Shown one piece after another: positions 1 through 12,959 of a DNA stretch of 64,000 nucleotides. Numbering within the stretch: position 1 is the stretch's first letter; each line of letters opens with the position of its first letter. Position numbers and translations under genes: made by a program. Under the pieces are notes generated by a model that was given only the letters and a program-made list of their open reading frames with translations, had not been told where the DNA came from and ran no database searches. Location of the stretch: NCBI GenBank assembly GCA_044892505.1, contig CM097884.1:14260001-14324000 (forward strand), in the 5' to 3' direction. Source of the stretch: Schmidtea nova. Lineage: Eukaryota.

Positions 1-964
1 TGCGAGAGTTCGCACGACCGGGTGGTTTTCAGCTCTCCGGGGGCGTTGCTCTCTGCTTCGTGTCTCGGCACGGAGCGGAGATAGATGTCTCCGTAAAAAA
101 CCTTTTCAAATTTTGGGATAGAAGTCAGTGGTGAATGGCGGAAACCGAGTGCCGTAGGTTCCCTGGTGATGTAAATTTTTAGCAATGTTCGGAAAGTTCG
201 GCGTAGTAGTAGAACCGATGTATAACTAATGTATACCCACTTTTTAAAAAAACCAGGGCAAAGCATATTCTAACTTTTGCCTAAATCAGTCGAAGCGTGA
301 TAGAAAATCGTCCGAATCTAATCCGTAGAGCGACGACGTGAATGGAATAACCAAACAAATTGCCGTTAATTTTTTGGTGAGAGAAATTTAGATTTTTGTC
401 GCGATTCCGTCCAACAGAACGAGTAAAAACGAAGTACAGAATTAATCTAAAAATTTTTTAAAGTGGCCACTCAAAATTTTCCGAGGAGCCACTAGAGATT
501 TCGGAGAACAATGAGTTTCTGTTAAAAAATTCGAAACGAGAAAATCCATTTAATATGCCAATTACCCCTAATTAGCGTAGAGCGATAAGTCAAGCGTTAT
601 TGCAAGGACACCCGAGCACGAGAGACATAAGAATACCCAGTAGGATATGGTAGAACTATTCACGATCACACAAAAACTAAATTAAATAACCACTCTAATA
701 TTTTGACCAAGATTTGAAGTTGATCTCAAGTGCTAATGAGACGAAGTGAAGTGCGAATGTAATCCCAGGATTTAATAAATAGTGAATGTTGTGAAAGGTA
801 GAGATACAAAAATTATACTGGGTCATTTAAATTTTTCGTAGTAACTCCATGGATAAATAAAATAAAGATATAAACATGAAAAACATGAAAACCGCCCGGG
901 ATTAAATCGGCATACGATTCCCTGTTAGTTAATTGCGTACCAAATTATCAAATTAATTAAAGAT

Positions 965-1403
965 ATGGAACAAATCTGTATAAGCGTAAATGACCATCGA
1001 GTTGATTCATTTTATGAGGAAAGGCCGAATTCAGTTGATAATTTTTGGGTGATGGCAGTACCCGTGAAAAATATACCCACAAACATGGCGGGCGAAATTC
1101 TATCGGAACATCAGGATGCGTTCGAAAAATATGGGATCGTCCAGCTATTTAGTTTACTTCTGGACAGTCTCGACACGATAATATGGCACGGAAGTAGTGC
1201 GTGGCCAATTGACGTCGATAGAAAGTACCCGGCCGATCTACCATCATACTTTGTAGAAACGCCTACCGAGATCCCAGGGCGTAATCAAGGGGATGATTCC
1301 CCAGGAAGAGTTATGGAGTCTGGGTCGGATCGTGCTTGACCTTACTCCTAACACATGCCCTACCGAGTCACCACACAGTCCTAATTTCGAGGAATAATAA
1401 TTG
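965..1403 (+). pseudogene. Unknown-family ORF, copy A (frameshifted; paralogous to 2660-2905 and 14032-14540)
   Basis: WHGSSAWPIDVDRKYPADLPS matches YRGGPGWPIS-DKGYPATAAS at 14.3 kb; a shifted frame gives VIKGMIPQEELWSLG versus IHWGNISPHELLKLG. Confidence 0.5.
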
Positions 1404-2209
1404 TCGATCTTGAAACTCGGAGAAATTGTCCATTTAGGACCTATCGTAGTTGTTTATGACCTGTCATCGCGTAATGTGATTCTTGTCTATTATAGTTTTG
1501 TTAATTTATTTTTATTGTGGTCAGCTTGTGATATATTTTCCTGGTGTGGGGTGTGAGCATAGATAGAAATACGACATGACCTGCGAGCCCATGCTTGTAT
1601 AAACATAACTCTTACATCAATTGAATGGGCTTATTTCTTTGAAAAATTGACAGTTTCGTGTGTGGATTTTTCCTTTAGGAACTGTTACACTGGTTCTGAG
1701 TATTGAGTGTATTCAATATCGTTTTTTATTGGCTTCTAGTAATTTTCGGCAGCGTTCCGCTTATAGATATTTACCAAGATTGGTGGTCGCAAAATCTTTC
1801 AACGTTTCTTTGATCACGATTAGTATTTAGCTGGAAATTTTTTGCAGGGGTCTGCCTTGAAATAGAATATAAAGTTGGTAGATGTAAATTCTTTTTTGGT
1901 TTCTGAAAAATTTTGTAGGGATCCGTCCTTTGTAGTATCTCCCGTTGTGTAGTTGTAAATTCTGAATTTATTGATTTTGATGGCGGTATATACTTGTTTC
2001 AGACTGTTATTTTCGTTGATGCATTTAAACAAATAGATCTAGAAGGAATTTTCAATTCCTCCGAAATTAAATTTACCGATTTTAAGCAAAATTGAATTAT
2101 AGTTTTAATAAACTTTAAATAATTTATTTTGATCTAAAATTTGATTTTAAAATCAAAGTTTTTTCAAATTAAATTCAATTTGTCAAATTTTCTTTTATAT
2201 TTTTCTGAG

Positions 2210-2515
2210 ATTTTTAGGTAAAAATCGAAAATTTCCTCTAGAAAATATGTTAATTTTTTTAATCTGTCATTTAATTCCATAATTGATGTTTTTATGTTAT
2301 GTATGTGTTTTTCACGTGTATATTTGATGCGCTTTTGTTCAGTTTGATTTTTAAACGTGTTTTAATTAATTATTTAAGTTTTTTGTTGTTACTTTGTTTT
2401 ACTCGGTATTTCTCTCGATCATATTTTAAGTTTACTTCGTGTGCGCTCCCTACGTGCTGTATTACCGCGTTTTTTAAACAAAATAAAGTTTTTGCCCAAT
2501 ACCATTTTGGACTAG
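2210..2515 (-). repeat. Diverged inverted copy of 6623-6925; possible terminal inverted repeat of a large DNA element
   Basis: Reverse complement aligns by eye with 6623-6925 (e.g. taaaacacgtttaaaaat..aa.tga.caaaagcgcat.aa.tatacacgt). Confidence 0.6.
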
Positions 2516-2659
2516 TCTTCAGATCGATAATACTGATTCTGAAACTATTATTAAATTTCGATATTGTTATTTTCTCTGGAACGACTTGCAAGGATTGATA
2601 AGTAATTTTATTTTGTTTGTAATGAATTTTTAATGCTCCCATGGTTTTGTTCATAAATA

Positions 2660-3480
2660 TATTATTTATTTCATACGCAAAATTGATGATCGTCACCAAG
2701 GATGAGCAGCAGCGACCCCAGCAAGTCATCTACTGGGAATATATCCCCCAATCAGAATTCAAAGAACTCAGACTCACCTTGGCTAGCCCCACGAGACCTC
2801 TTCGAGAGAGCCAATAGTGCACAACCGCATTGCGGAAAAAGTCCCCCAGAGAGATTGCAGATTCGACTGATATTTTCATGGAATTCCATGCTGAGTTTTG
2901 ATTGATCGGATTAACTAAAAAATGTATTACCTTGTGACTTATTTCATTCATTGGTAAAAGGGCTATTAGGACGAAAAATGACTATGAAGACTCAAGTCAA
3001 CCGTCAGGACGAGATGACGGAAATGGAATTGCTGGCGGCGGTCATCCCGCTGTCCGCATGACCCTGAGGATTTTGATGTTTAATAAATGTATTTCAATAT
3101 TTGTGTTGAGTGAAGTGTTAAACCACCTAAACGACGATAGTTAAAATTAACGAGAGCGATTGAGAAAAATTCCCTCACTTATCACTGGATAACTAGAGGC
3201 AGGGAAATAGAAGACATTATCGTAAATTGACGAGTAGATAAAGGCGTAGGACCTTCTAACGGCCACCGGAACCCGATGAAGAGAGTATAATGGAGAGTAG
3301 TCTTTGCAAAGGGGCTCACCTGTTCACTAGCCTCTCACCACCGTACACATCGCCAACATGATTATCTAGGGAATGGCCATGGGTGAACGAGTAGGATAGA
3401 TTCGTAATTATGTTGCGGTATGGGTTGCATCTATTCCTTAGGTTATTATGAAGTCAATAGCGATGTTAATACCATCCCAA
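2660..3480 (+). pseudogene. Unknown ORF cassette, copy B (decayed, internally deleted relative to 12960-14540)
   Basis: Collinear matches to 12960-14340 minus: GNISP, EMTEMELLA versus EMTETEWLA, WRVVFAKGLTC versus WVVVLAIELTC. Confidence 0.55.
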
Positions 3481-4299
3481 TACATGCAAGAATGAGAAAA
3501 TGACTATAAAAGAACGAAAACAAGAAAACACTAAAATATTTAATAAAAATACATGAAAAACAACAAATCCTACAAATAAAACGCAAGAAAGTAGAAAATA
3601 TAATTCAAAATTCATTAAATGAAACAAAAAACGTCATAAAAAGAAAGATGGGCTCAAAAAACCATCATGGCGCCTATGGTTGACGAATGAAATTAGGCAA
3701 AAATAGCGTAATTTAAAAGAAACAATAAAATATAGAAAGAGAAACATGATTGTACAATAAAATCAAGTATAATAAAGAACATGTGGGTGGACCAGTGTTG
3801 ATTGGCTGAAAATCACTAGCCCATGCATTCTAAATAGCATAAATACAGATGCAAAACACATCGAACGATCTTTTTGACATTTGTCAGAGTCCCATTAGTC
3901 ACAATCAAGTATTCAATCATTTGTCATATTTCATTACGTTTTAACCGTATTCATAGTCAAGAGATCGAAAATCGAAATCACTGTAAGAGATTTTTACTAA
4001 TTTCAATAAATTTTACGAACAAATAATCATTTCCCAAAATTTAATTAACATCAGGGTCTCCGACGACTTTCAGGTCATTGGTAGACTCCAATTTCTGATG
4101 AATACCTCGACATGGGTTNNNNNNNNNNNNNNNNNNNNNNNNNNNNNNNNNNNNNNNNNNNNNNNNNNNNNNNNNNNNNNNNNNNNNNNNNNNNNNNNNN
4201 NNNNNNNNNNNNNNNNNNNNNNNNNNNNNNNNNNNNNNNNNNNNNNNNNNNNNNNNNNNNNNNNNNNNNNNNNNNNNNNNNNNNNNNNNNNNNNNNNNN

Positions 4300-4520
4300 A
4301 TGAAGTGTCTCTGGTGTTTATGTATAGAGTGAAAAATAATTTTTATAGTAATAGATATGTAAGGATAGTTTTAAAAGTGGTTAATTTTCTTTTTAAATTT
4401 TTTGTGATTGTAAAACGACGATTAAGTACTCCAAAAGTATTAACCGTTTAACCATTTGTTAAATACGAAAATTTTTGATTTGGAAGTGAGACGAAACAAT
4501 TACCGTTTCTGTTCGAGTTG
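4300..4520 (-). mobile_element. PIF/Harbinger-type DDE nuclease C-terminal fragment
   Basis: Frameshifted translation KIFVFNKWL...TFGVLNRRFTI resembles the FN..L...R..VE..FG.LK.RF motif. Confidence 0.4.
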
Positions 4521-6622
4521 CCCCAAAATCAATTACTCTTTATTAGCCTCTGACCTTTGAAGTGCAATAGTCGAGTTAATTAGGTATCAACTATTTCTCG
4601 CGGACTGATAAAAACAGCAGAGATCAGTTGATCCTATTTTTGTGAATTTCTATTTTGTTAATTATTTACAATACATCTATTGATCTATATCGGAGTCATT
4701 TTGTGTTAGGGATTATCACAACAATTTTATGATTTTAGCAGATGTATTAAGTTTTATATTGTCAAATCAATATTTCGATTAAAAGCAGTGGTTAACATGT
4801 GTGCTTATTTTTCTTATTCTATTGTTTGTGAATAAATTAGTGTAAATTAATGTCACTGTATGTCCGTCTGCCAGTCTATTCCGTCCATATCTAATTTTAC
4901 GTAATATTAGTAAATATTATACTACTATTAAAAATAAGTAATATAATTATAATATCAAGTTCATTATTAATATTTTTATTATCGTCATTTAAATAAAATA
5001 CCAATGTTTATCCTTCCTCCCATAAAAAAATTCAAAAAATGGGACCGTCTTTATATATATATATATATAGCTAGTTATTATAAACTATTATTGTTGTTAT
5101 TATTAACATCAACAATATCAAACATTAATAATTATCAACAAATGACTTCAAAAGACAAGCGTTGTTGCATAAACATTTTAGTAATCTTTAAATAAAATTT
5201 ATGCCAAATTTTTAAAGAATAATAACAAAAAATGTAATCTAATAATACTGAAAGAGATAAATAATTTTCCTATGTTAAATTGTAAATTAGTAAGATCAAA
5301 ATATCTTACTTGTTCATTGTAGAGATTAACTGTGAAATCAAAGCTGTAACTACCAAACCGTATACAGCTAAAATTCCCTTCATATTAACTAGAATAATTA
5401 ATTTCGTTATTAATTCAGGTCACGTAATAGCTATTTGCGATATACCAGTGCCGGATCTAGCTGTTCCATAAGCAAAGCCTAATGATGTCAATAATAGTAA
5501 TGGAAATTAATAAAAATAAGAATATTATACATACCGCAGAACACCATTGAAGTTGAGGCACCAAAATCTCTAAAAACGGAGTATAAATTGTCGAATTTAT
5601 CAATTTGTAAAATTTATTTGGTTATTAAAGGATAATATATTTAAGTAATAAAACAGTTTGTAAATTTAAATCTTTCAATTAAACAAATTAAAATCGCTTT
5701 ATTTGATTTTGAATATTATTTTAAGTGTTTTATATTTGTTTAATAATTTAAAGAATTGTTTTATTTTAAAATAAAAAAATATCTTATGTATTCAAAATTT
5801 CGTTAATCTTTAAATAGATTTTAATGAAGAAAGTCTGTGTTGGGGAAGTCTGTCTAGTGCCACATTCTTAAAAAAATTATTGTATTTTTTGCGTATTTGT
5901 AATTTTTGTGGAATGAATAAAAGTGCAACTGTAAGTGATTTTTTTGATAAAATTGACAAAAATGAAAAGTTTAAAATCTTGTTATTCAAGTTCTGAATTA
6001 CTGATGAATATTACAGAATTTCAATTGCCATGGTTACTGTACAATAATTACTTTAATACTGACTACTTATCACAAAGCAACATTGGTAATGTAATACAAT
6101 TGATAGATACCTGAAAATGTTGTTACTGTTACCATGACTATAATTGTTAATGTATCTCTTTGGATTGACGCAATAATGTCATGCAAGGAGAACGGTTGTG
6201 TACGATATACATATACTTTTTTATCACGTAGAAAGGTGTACACCTACTATTTCTTGTATGGCGGGTCAACGGAATATTGTTTTGTGTATCCGTACCTTTT
6301 TGTGTGTGACACTAATTTAAACAAAGTGATTTTTTGTTACTAAAAAATGTGTGTGAAGTGTTTGGCAAAAACTGAGATAAGTGATTCCTTGTTCGAATGA
6401 AGTGATAACATAGCGAAGTGACCGAGAAAAACGTAAACTTAAATTACTTTGAGAAGTAAACAGAAATAATAAAAACACAGGAAAATTTAAGGAAAACAGA
6501 AATTAAAATGAACAAATGTGCAAGAAGTACGCACTAACTAACATAAATATAACAAATTAGCTAAAAACAATACGAACTACACGAGAAAATAAATCTTAAA
6601 TAATTTGTATAATAATTATTTT

Positions 6623-6925
6623 AGTAGTGTTGGGTAAAAACTAAATCCAACAGGTTTTTGTTTTAGTGAAGCGGTAACATAGCACGTAAAGAAAACGCAT
6701 GAAGTGAATTTAAAATTTGTAATGAGAAACACCAATTAAACAAATTAATAACAAACACCTCAAAAAATTAAGTAAAACACGTTTAAAAATTAAATTGAGC
6801 AAAAGCGCATAAAGTATACACGTAAAAACACAAAAAAAACAAAAAAACACTAATTGCAGAATTTAATTACAAGTTAGGAAAAATTTACAAATTTTCTGGA
6901 AAGATTTTTCGATTTTCATATTGGT
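6623..6925 (+). repeat. TIR-like repeat beginning AGTAGT (Maverick-type terminus), with a partial tandem copy at about 6355-6620
   Basis: Homology to 2210-2515 starts at about agtagtgttgggtaaaaac; lies just left of the Maverick-like gene cluster. Confidence 0.4.
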
Positions 6926-7639
6926 GGGTTGTTGACCGTCAATATGATCTTGATCTTGATATGGCTCATCATCAACAACTCAACACATAAAACCTTATTT
7001 AACCATCTTGTTGCCCGCTACAAATTAACGTTGGTAATGCAGGGCCGATGCAAGGGTATCTGGCACCCCTAGGCAAAGAGAAATGCATGCGCTCCTTATC
7101 AAAATGTATACTTACATATCCACATGTATAGCCAAACATAGCATAGACAAATATAAACAAATTTGATTTAAAGAAAAAAATTAAGTTAACAAAAAGATAT
7201 TTAAATTGCACGATAAAGGAAAGTTTTTACAATAATTTTTATTAACTCTTTTTTAAGCATCAATAATTGATTAACATACTTAATAATACATTCAAATTAA
7301 AGTTAAATACATATTACAATCCAATATTTATTATGATAAATTAATCTTTCTTGCTTTTGCTCTCTCGAATGTTTGAATTAATGTATCGACGTCAAGATTA
7401 TATTATATTATATTATATATAATATTATATAAAATTCGTGAACAACGCTGTATGCAGTAAGACTGATATATGGTCTTACCTCGAAGGTTTTTGGTGGGTG
7501 CTTAACCTTCAAAGGGTCTAGAAACTTCAATTTTTTCAAACATTATAAGTTATATATCATTCGAAATGTCTTTGGAGGATGAGTTTGAAGGTCATACCCT
7601 TGAAGGGTCAAAGATTCAAAATTTTTTAAACTTTATGAT

Positions 7640-8421
7640 TGTTGAGGTTTAGTAAAACTAGTCAAATACAAAAATAAAATTATAAAATTTTGAAAATTGA
7701 TTAAAAATTTAGAAAATTCGAAAATATACATTTAGCGGGGAAATTGGCATGGGTGAATGCCGAATATTGAAACGAACCCAAAAATAATAAAATAAAATTA
7801 ATGGAGGAAGGGTCCCTAGAAGAAAAGAATTAACAAATTAACAAATTAATTAAAAATTAATTGGCTAATGAGACAATGGAGAACCCAAATAGTGTGGGAA
7901 GCCCGGTGGAGCAGTATGATAGATAAATATCCCTGAGAAAATTCATTTTGAGGGAAACTTAGAGAAAATAGCTGATGGAGGGTTAATGGGCAATTTTGGT
8001 TTAATTAAGGAAATGTCAAATCGGGAAATACTACCAGACAGTTTCATCAAATAGTGCAAATCCATCAAAAGGAGAACTATAAAAGGGTGAGGCACAAAAT
8101 CAAAGAGTTCAGAGTGGTCGAAGCTAAAAGTAAGTAAACGAATTTTGAACGAAAGAACCAGTAAACAAAATTGGAGGAACAGTCACAAAGTTAGAAGTTA
8201 AATTCATTCTTCAAGCGTACCAAAAAGGGAGAACTTCCTTTGGGAGATGTATCCCTGCGCAAAGTTTGAAATTTATACAGAAACTTGTTGTGTCAGAAAT
8301 TGTGTTAGAGAATAAATTATTCGAATAAATTATTCTGTTTTGGGTTATTTTTTTGAATCTAATTTAAAGAACACCGAGGAATCAGAAAAACAGCACCGAC
8401 TAATTAAACAAATACTCAACA
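7640..8421 (+). mobile_element. Solo LTR related to the LTR of the large gypsy element
   Basis: TGTTGAG...CTCAACA termini; flanks TGAT/TAAT (3 of 4 match); collinear blocks shared with the 50925-51789 LTR (tttagcggggaaattggcatggg, agggtccctagaag, gtgggaagcccgg, agaacaccg..gaatcagaaa); TATA-like ctataaaag and aataaa. Confidence 0.8.
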
Positions 8422-8439
8422 TAATATATGTTACGGCTA

Positions 8440-8850
8440 TATAATAATAATTATCTATAATGTTTAATAAAATAAAATAAATTATATGATCTCCACTTAC
8501 TTTCGATCGATATATTAAATCAAAAAAACGTGTTTTAGACTTGTTAGTTATATCTATTATAGGTTTTTCACCCCTTAAAAGATAACCCAGGATTTCGGGA
8601 TTCAAATTTGGAAATATTACAAATGTGCATAGGCATATCTACTGGGTCAAATGAAATATTAGACAAGTTATACCTAGAAGGATTATTTCTATCACCTGTA
8701 GTAGTATCATATTTCAAAATTGAAAGGACACGATATAAAAGACAGAAAACGTCTTGATTATTAATATCAAATGTACATTTTTTATTAAATAGACGTTTAG
8801 TGGTTCACATAGATTTATGGCCAGTCAAACGACTGAGTTGTGAAAATTTA
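8440..8850 (-). pseudogene. Maverick/Polinton protein-primed DNA polymerase B, N-terminal fragment
   Basis: KKCTFDINNQDVFCLLYRVLSIL...RNNPSRY...VDMPMHICNISKFESRNPGLS...FDLIY...H matches the pPolB pattern N.D..CF.W..LA.L / I.KFE..N / HY..I; stops and frameshift present. Confidence 0.7.
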
Positions 8851-9139
8851 GTAAATACAAAACTTATATATTCAAGTTTATTAAATTTGACAATTAATTC
8901 CTTTTTCATTTATTTTAGTTATTTTTACTTTTTAATATTTCGATATTTTCCTCTAAGAAGGTATTCTTCAGCTTCCTAGAAGAATTTGAGATGACTGAAG
9001 ATTGATATTCGTCATCTTTTTGAAATTCAATTTTCAATCAAAATTGAACTTAATTTGTTCCTGATAATTCGCAATTTCTAACAATAATTTGATTGTTGAA
9101 TGTGAAATCAAGTGCCCTACCAAGGGCTACCATTTACAA

Positions 9140-9938
9140 TTAAAAGGACTGTACAGAGTTTCTTAATCGGCAAGTATCATCTTGCAATCTGATATTCTTT
9201 GTCCCTTCAGATTTTGCTGATTGGTTGGTTATTTGAAAACCTAACTCTAAGTTATATGACTCATTCTCAATAACCGTCATATAAACCTTGAAAAACCATT
9301 TGTTACCCATCGCCTTGCAAAGTTGGTGATGCAACAAATAGGTGGCCATCTACAAAATGTTACCACTGTTTCCAGGAATTTATTTTATAGAATGCCACTG
9401 TTGAATTCAAAGGTGACCGATAGAAGGTATAGTGCCCTTTTTCAATATCCCATTACTAACTCAAGTTACTTGTACGTTTTAATAAATTCCGATGAAAATT
9501 AAATAAAATTAAGATCAAACTCACTATTTACAAAACAATATCTGTTCAACCTTCCTTTCTTATCACTTATACTCAATGACACATTATATTACCCTTAACA
9601 ATTGATTAAGTACATTCTTTTTTGTATATTAAGATGATTTATTGGAAAGAAAATCTCGTGGCGCATTACCCGAATAACCGAATTTATAACCGAATAATAA
9701 CATCTCCTTCACGTAATCTAGATGACTAGTTTTTATTAAAACCTTTTATGATTGTCATTTTTATTTTATAAAATTGATCTTAAGTCATTCCATGTTCATC
9801 ATCAGCTCCCTTGACCCAATCAATTTTATTGAATTTTAATGTAAATAATTTTGATTGTAATAATTTATAAACAAATAATGTTTTTCCACTCCCAATTGGT
9901 CCAATAATTTGAAACAGTGCATCATTTCTTAATTCCAC
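9140..9938 (-). pseudogene. Maverick/Polinton A32-like (FtsK/HerA) packaging ATPase, disrupted
   Basis: Walker A in FQIIGPIGSGKTLFVYKLL (about 9879-9902); GDVII leading into Walker B; C-terminal QLCKAMGNKWFFKVY...ESYNL. Confidence 0.7.
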
Positions 9939-9986
9939 ATTTAAAATTATATTTAGTTATTATTATTATTGTTTATATTTTTTTAA

Positions 9987-10230
9987 CCCTTTCTAAGGTG
10001 GTGGCAATATACTGTACACCATTTTAAACTAATAAAAATATCTAAGTGTAACGCTGTCGGTAATCATTTTTACTTTTGGTACAACTACTTGGTACAACCC
10101 CTTCTCCCTAAAAGCCTCTTTTGTTTTTATTTTTGTTTTTTATTTTTTTATCATCATTTGTAACTATATAATTATTATTAATAAACTTTGAGTTTTACAT
10201 CACTTTTAGTTTCCTTTGCCTTAGAAAGGG
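9987..10230. mobile_element. piggyBac-type MITE (244 bp)
   Basis: TTAA on both sides; perfect 12-bp TIR CCCTTTCTAAGG. Confidence 0.85.
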
Positions 10231-10326
10231 TTAAATAATAATTGTCATTGTATTGGTTTCATTTAAAAACTATTTTCATTAATGATTAGCAACATAAATT
10301 ATAAGGATAAGACTGATGCTTCGCAC

Positions 10327-10748
10327 ATGAATTTTTCAAATGGGAAACCACACTAAATCGTTGATAGAAGTGAGAAGAATCCAATAATATATTTTAAGAC
10401 AAGCAGATATAAAATAATGGACGCAAGGAATTTATTAGCGATGAAAAAGTATATTTTTATGATTTAACAATACAATCGATTATTGTAACAGCAGATCTTG
10501 GATTTAGTTGCAATTTAAATGATTTATCGAAATTAATAGAACGTGTTTACGAGCCAGAAATATTTCCAGCTTTGAGATACATAAAATATAATCTCATGTG
10601 TGTTAATATATTTGCAAGTGGTAAATTAATTATATTAGAATTAAAAAATAAAGACTATTCAAATATAGTTGATAATATTATTAACGATATAAAATTAATT
10701 ATTGAAGATAAAGCCTTTGTTCATTTCATATTAACATGTGACTCGTGA
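10327..10748 (+). pseudogene. TATA-binding protein (TBP)-like gene inside the Maverick-like cluster
   Basis: Open frame 10413-10748: LTIQSIIVTADLGFSCNLNDL...VYEPEIFPALRY...VNIFASGKLIIL matches the TBP repeat (NIVASCDL.F / YEPELFPGL / IFVSGKIV); upstream repeat broken by a stop and frameshift; missed by the ORF track. Confidence 0.75.
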
Positions 10749-10774
10749 TTGCAATAAACCTGCAATTGAAATAC

Positions 10775-10860
10775 ACGATTCTGATTGGTCGAGTGTGTAT
10801 TTTGAGTATAAATGTATGTTGTGCATACTCGAATCTGATTGGTTCAATGTGTATGGTTTT
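10775..10860 (+). promoter_or_regulatory. Duplicated CCAAT (TGATTGG) boxes and TATA upstream of the 11004 ORF
   Basis: ttctgattggtc, gtataaatg, atctgattggtt; same arrangement (tgattgg...ctataaata) at about 11998-12032. Confidence 0.45.
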
Positions 10861-11003
10861 GTACATGGTGTGTGTTTCTATCATATATACAATGAACATT
10901 CTATCATAATTTATATCTGCAATGTGTCAACAATCAAATATTCTAAAAAAAGGTAATATTAAAATTACTAATTTTCAATTTTTATATTTTTATAGAAAAA
11001 TTC

Positions 11004-11633
11004 ATGTCCGTAGTCTATACAAAATTGGCCGAAATATGCCCGAATCTGATGCCAACTCTAACTTATACCGCATCAGAACTATTTCCAAATAAGATCCAAG
11101 CATTGACAGGGATCGATATCAACCAGATCTTGCTGGATCATTGTGTCAATATCAATAATGAATTGTCTTATATGGCAGAGCACACTTATCAATGCGGACA
11201 TTGCGTTGACAGAATCCAAAAATTTCATATGTGGGTTCTGAGAAATACGCTCACTCAATTTGAGGCTAAGCAATTAAAGAAAATCGACGATGAGGAGGAG
11301 GAAGAGCAACAGAAAGGATCATGGCCCAATTCAACTCCGGAGCCGTTAGATGATTGCGATAAGTCGCCAAATAACTCGGATACTTCAATTATCGAATGTG
11401 ATTGTCTGATGGATCAATCAACTGAAAAACAAGAATCCGAAGAATCTCCAGAATTGCATGATTGTCCAGCACCAACTATAGATGGACCTTTTCCGATAGA
11501 ATCGCCCCAATCCCCGGATTGTGACGAATGTCACCGAAAGATTGATGACAATCCTGTTGATTATGATGGCCATCAAAGATACAGACTTTGCAGTCAATCC
11601 ATAGACAATATAATTAGGTTTTTAATGCTGTGA
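11004..11633 (+). CDS. Intact 209-aa hypothetical protein (acidic, Cys-rich) in the Maverick-like cluster
   Basis: Uninterrupted ATG ORF; CGHC, poly-Glu tract, ECDC, CDEC; no family recognised. Confidence 0.5.
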   Translation: MSVVYTKLAEICPNLMPTLTYTASELFPNKIQALTGIDINQILLDHCVNINNELSYMAEHTYQCGHCVDRIQKFHMWVLRNTLTQFEAKQLKKIDDEEEEEQQKGSWPNSTPEPLDDCDKSPNNSDTSIIECDCLMDQSTEKQESEESPELHDCPAPTIDGPFPIESPQSPDCDECHRKIDDNPVDYDGHQRYRLCSQSIDNIIRFLML

Positions 11634-12069
11634 TAATTTATTTATTTATTTACTGTAGTCATTTTAATATTTAATGTTGTCATTTTCGTATTACATAAAT
11701 GTTTTAGATTTTAGATTTGTTTTTATTTAACTTTTAATTAAGTTGTTTTTAATTAACTTTAAGTTAGTTTTTGATTTTATTTAACAAGTTTTTATTAAGT
11801 TTTAAATTCAAAGAAATAAAAATAATTAATTTTAAAAAAAGAAAGAAATAGAAATTAAAATAATTTATAGGAATAAATAATATTTACTTTAAAAACTTAT
11901 AAATAAACACACATGCATAAATTACACACATGCATGACACACATGCACGACACATAACAAAGACATGCATAACATGTGCAATACTAATGGATGTTTATGA
12001 TTGGACAAAAACATACAGTCATCACTATAAATACAAAGACATTTTTAGGATATTGTCACAATTATAGAA

Positions 12070-12489
12070 ATGCAATCAAGTAAACCAAATTATGATATCA
12101 ATGAAGAAAGATTATTTCCGACTGAATTAAAACCAGTCCAGATGTATTACGATAGCAGAATTTATTTTTTCGTTCAAGAAATAACGCTTCGTTTGTCTTT
12201 TCCAGTAAAATTATCAAAATCATAGTATGATAGTCTTGCTGTAATTATTGATAAAGAAAATGTTATGCCAATAAATAAATTTTTCTACAAAATCAATACC
12301 AATTTAAGTTGTGAAGAAACGATGTACATCAACAACAGAAAAACTCGTTTCCATGATGTTTTTCAAACTATCGATTACAAGGATCAAGAACACTGGTTCA
12401 TTACGACAATTATTCAAGGATATAAGATCAATAAAAGGAATTCATTACTCCAATTTGGAGATTCGATAATGCACGATATGCATAAATGA
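12070..12489 (+). pseudogene. Disrupted hypothetical virus-like ORF
   Basis: ATG after a CCAAT/TATA; MQSSKPNY... continues through a frameshift and a stop into the 12265-12489 ORF. Confidence 0.35.
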
Positions 12490-12563
12490 ATTTTATAAAT
12501 GTTATAAATGTAATTTAATAAATTTTAGAATTATCAATTTTAGTTTTTTAGTATTTGTTTAAA

Positions 12564-12850
12564 ATGAAACTAATCATCATCATATTATTATTATGTGTGT
12601 ACACTATTGAAGAAGAACAAGCTTTGACAGATTGCCAATCAACCCATCCGTTTAAATGAGAAGATAGCACTTGTGCGATTTACAATGAAATATGTGTTAA
12701 CTTTAACAGTTAATGCAATCAAATACGATTACAATGTGATCAGTGTCCTTCAAAACGTGATTTGATTAAGAATGAAATCGAAAAAATTATTACCAAAAAC
12801 TATGAAAGAGTCAAATGTCCGAATCAAACATTTTTTAAAAAACATTAAAA
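12564..12850 (+). pseudogene. Small secreted Cys-rich protein pseudogene
   Basis: MKLIIIILLLCVYT signal-like start followed by DC...TC...IC...C...QCDQC...KC, with two in-frame stops. Confidence 0.4.
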
Positions 12851-12959
12851 ACAATTCAAATGTCAAAATCAAACATTTCAAATTGAAAACGAAAAACAGC
12901 ATTATTATTACATTATATCAGTTTATTCATACTGATCGTGATCTTACTAATGCTGGGTT

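Noticed and set aside
1-250. Open minus-strand frame possibly homologous to 13569-13889
   Set aside because: Only a short patchy match; cannot be supported by eye
4098-4451. ORFs spanning N runs (also 26965, 27094, 31373-31591, 33751, 36152, 37571-37940)
   Set aside because: Artefacts of assembly gaps and low-complexity AAT tracts
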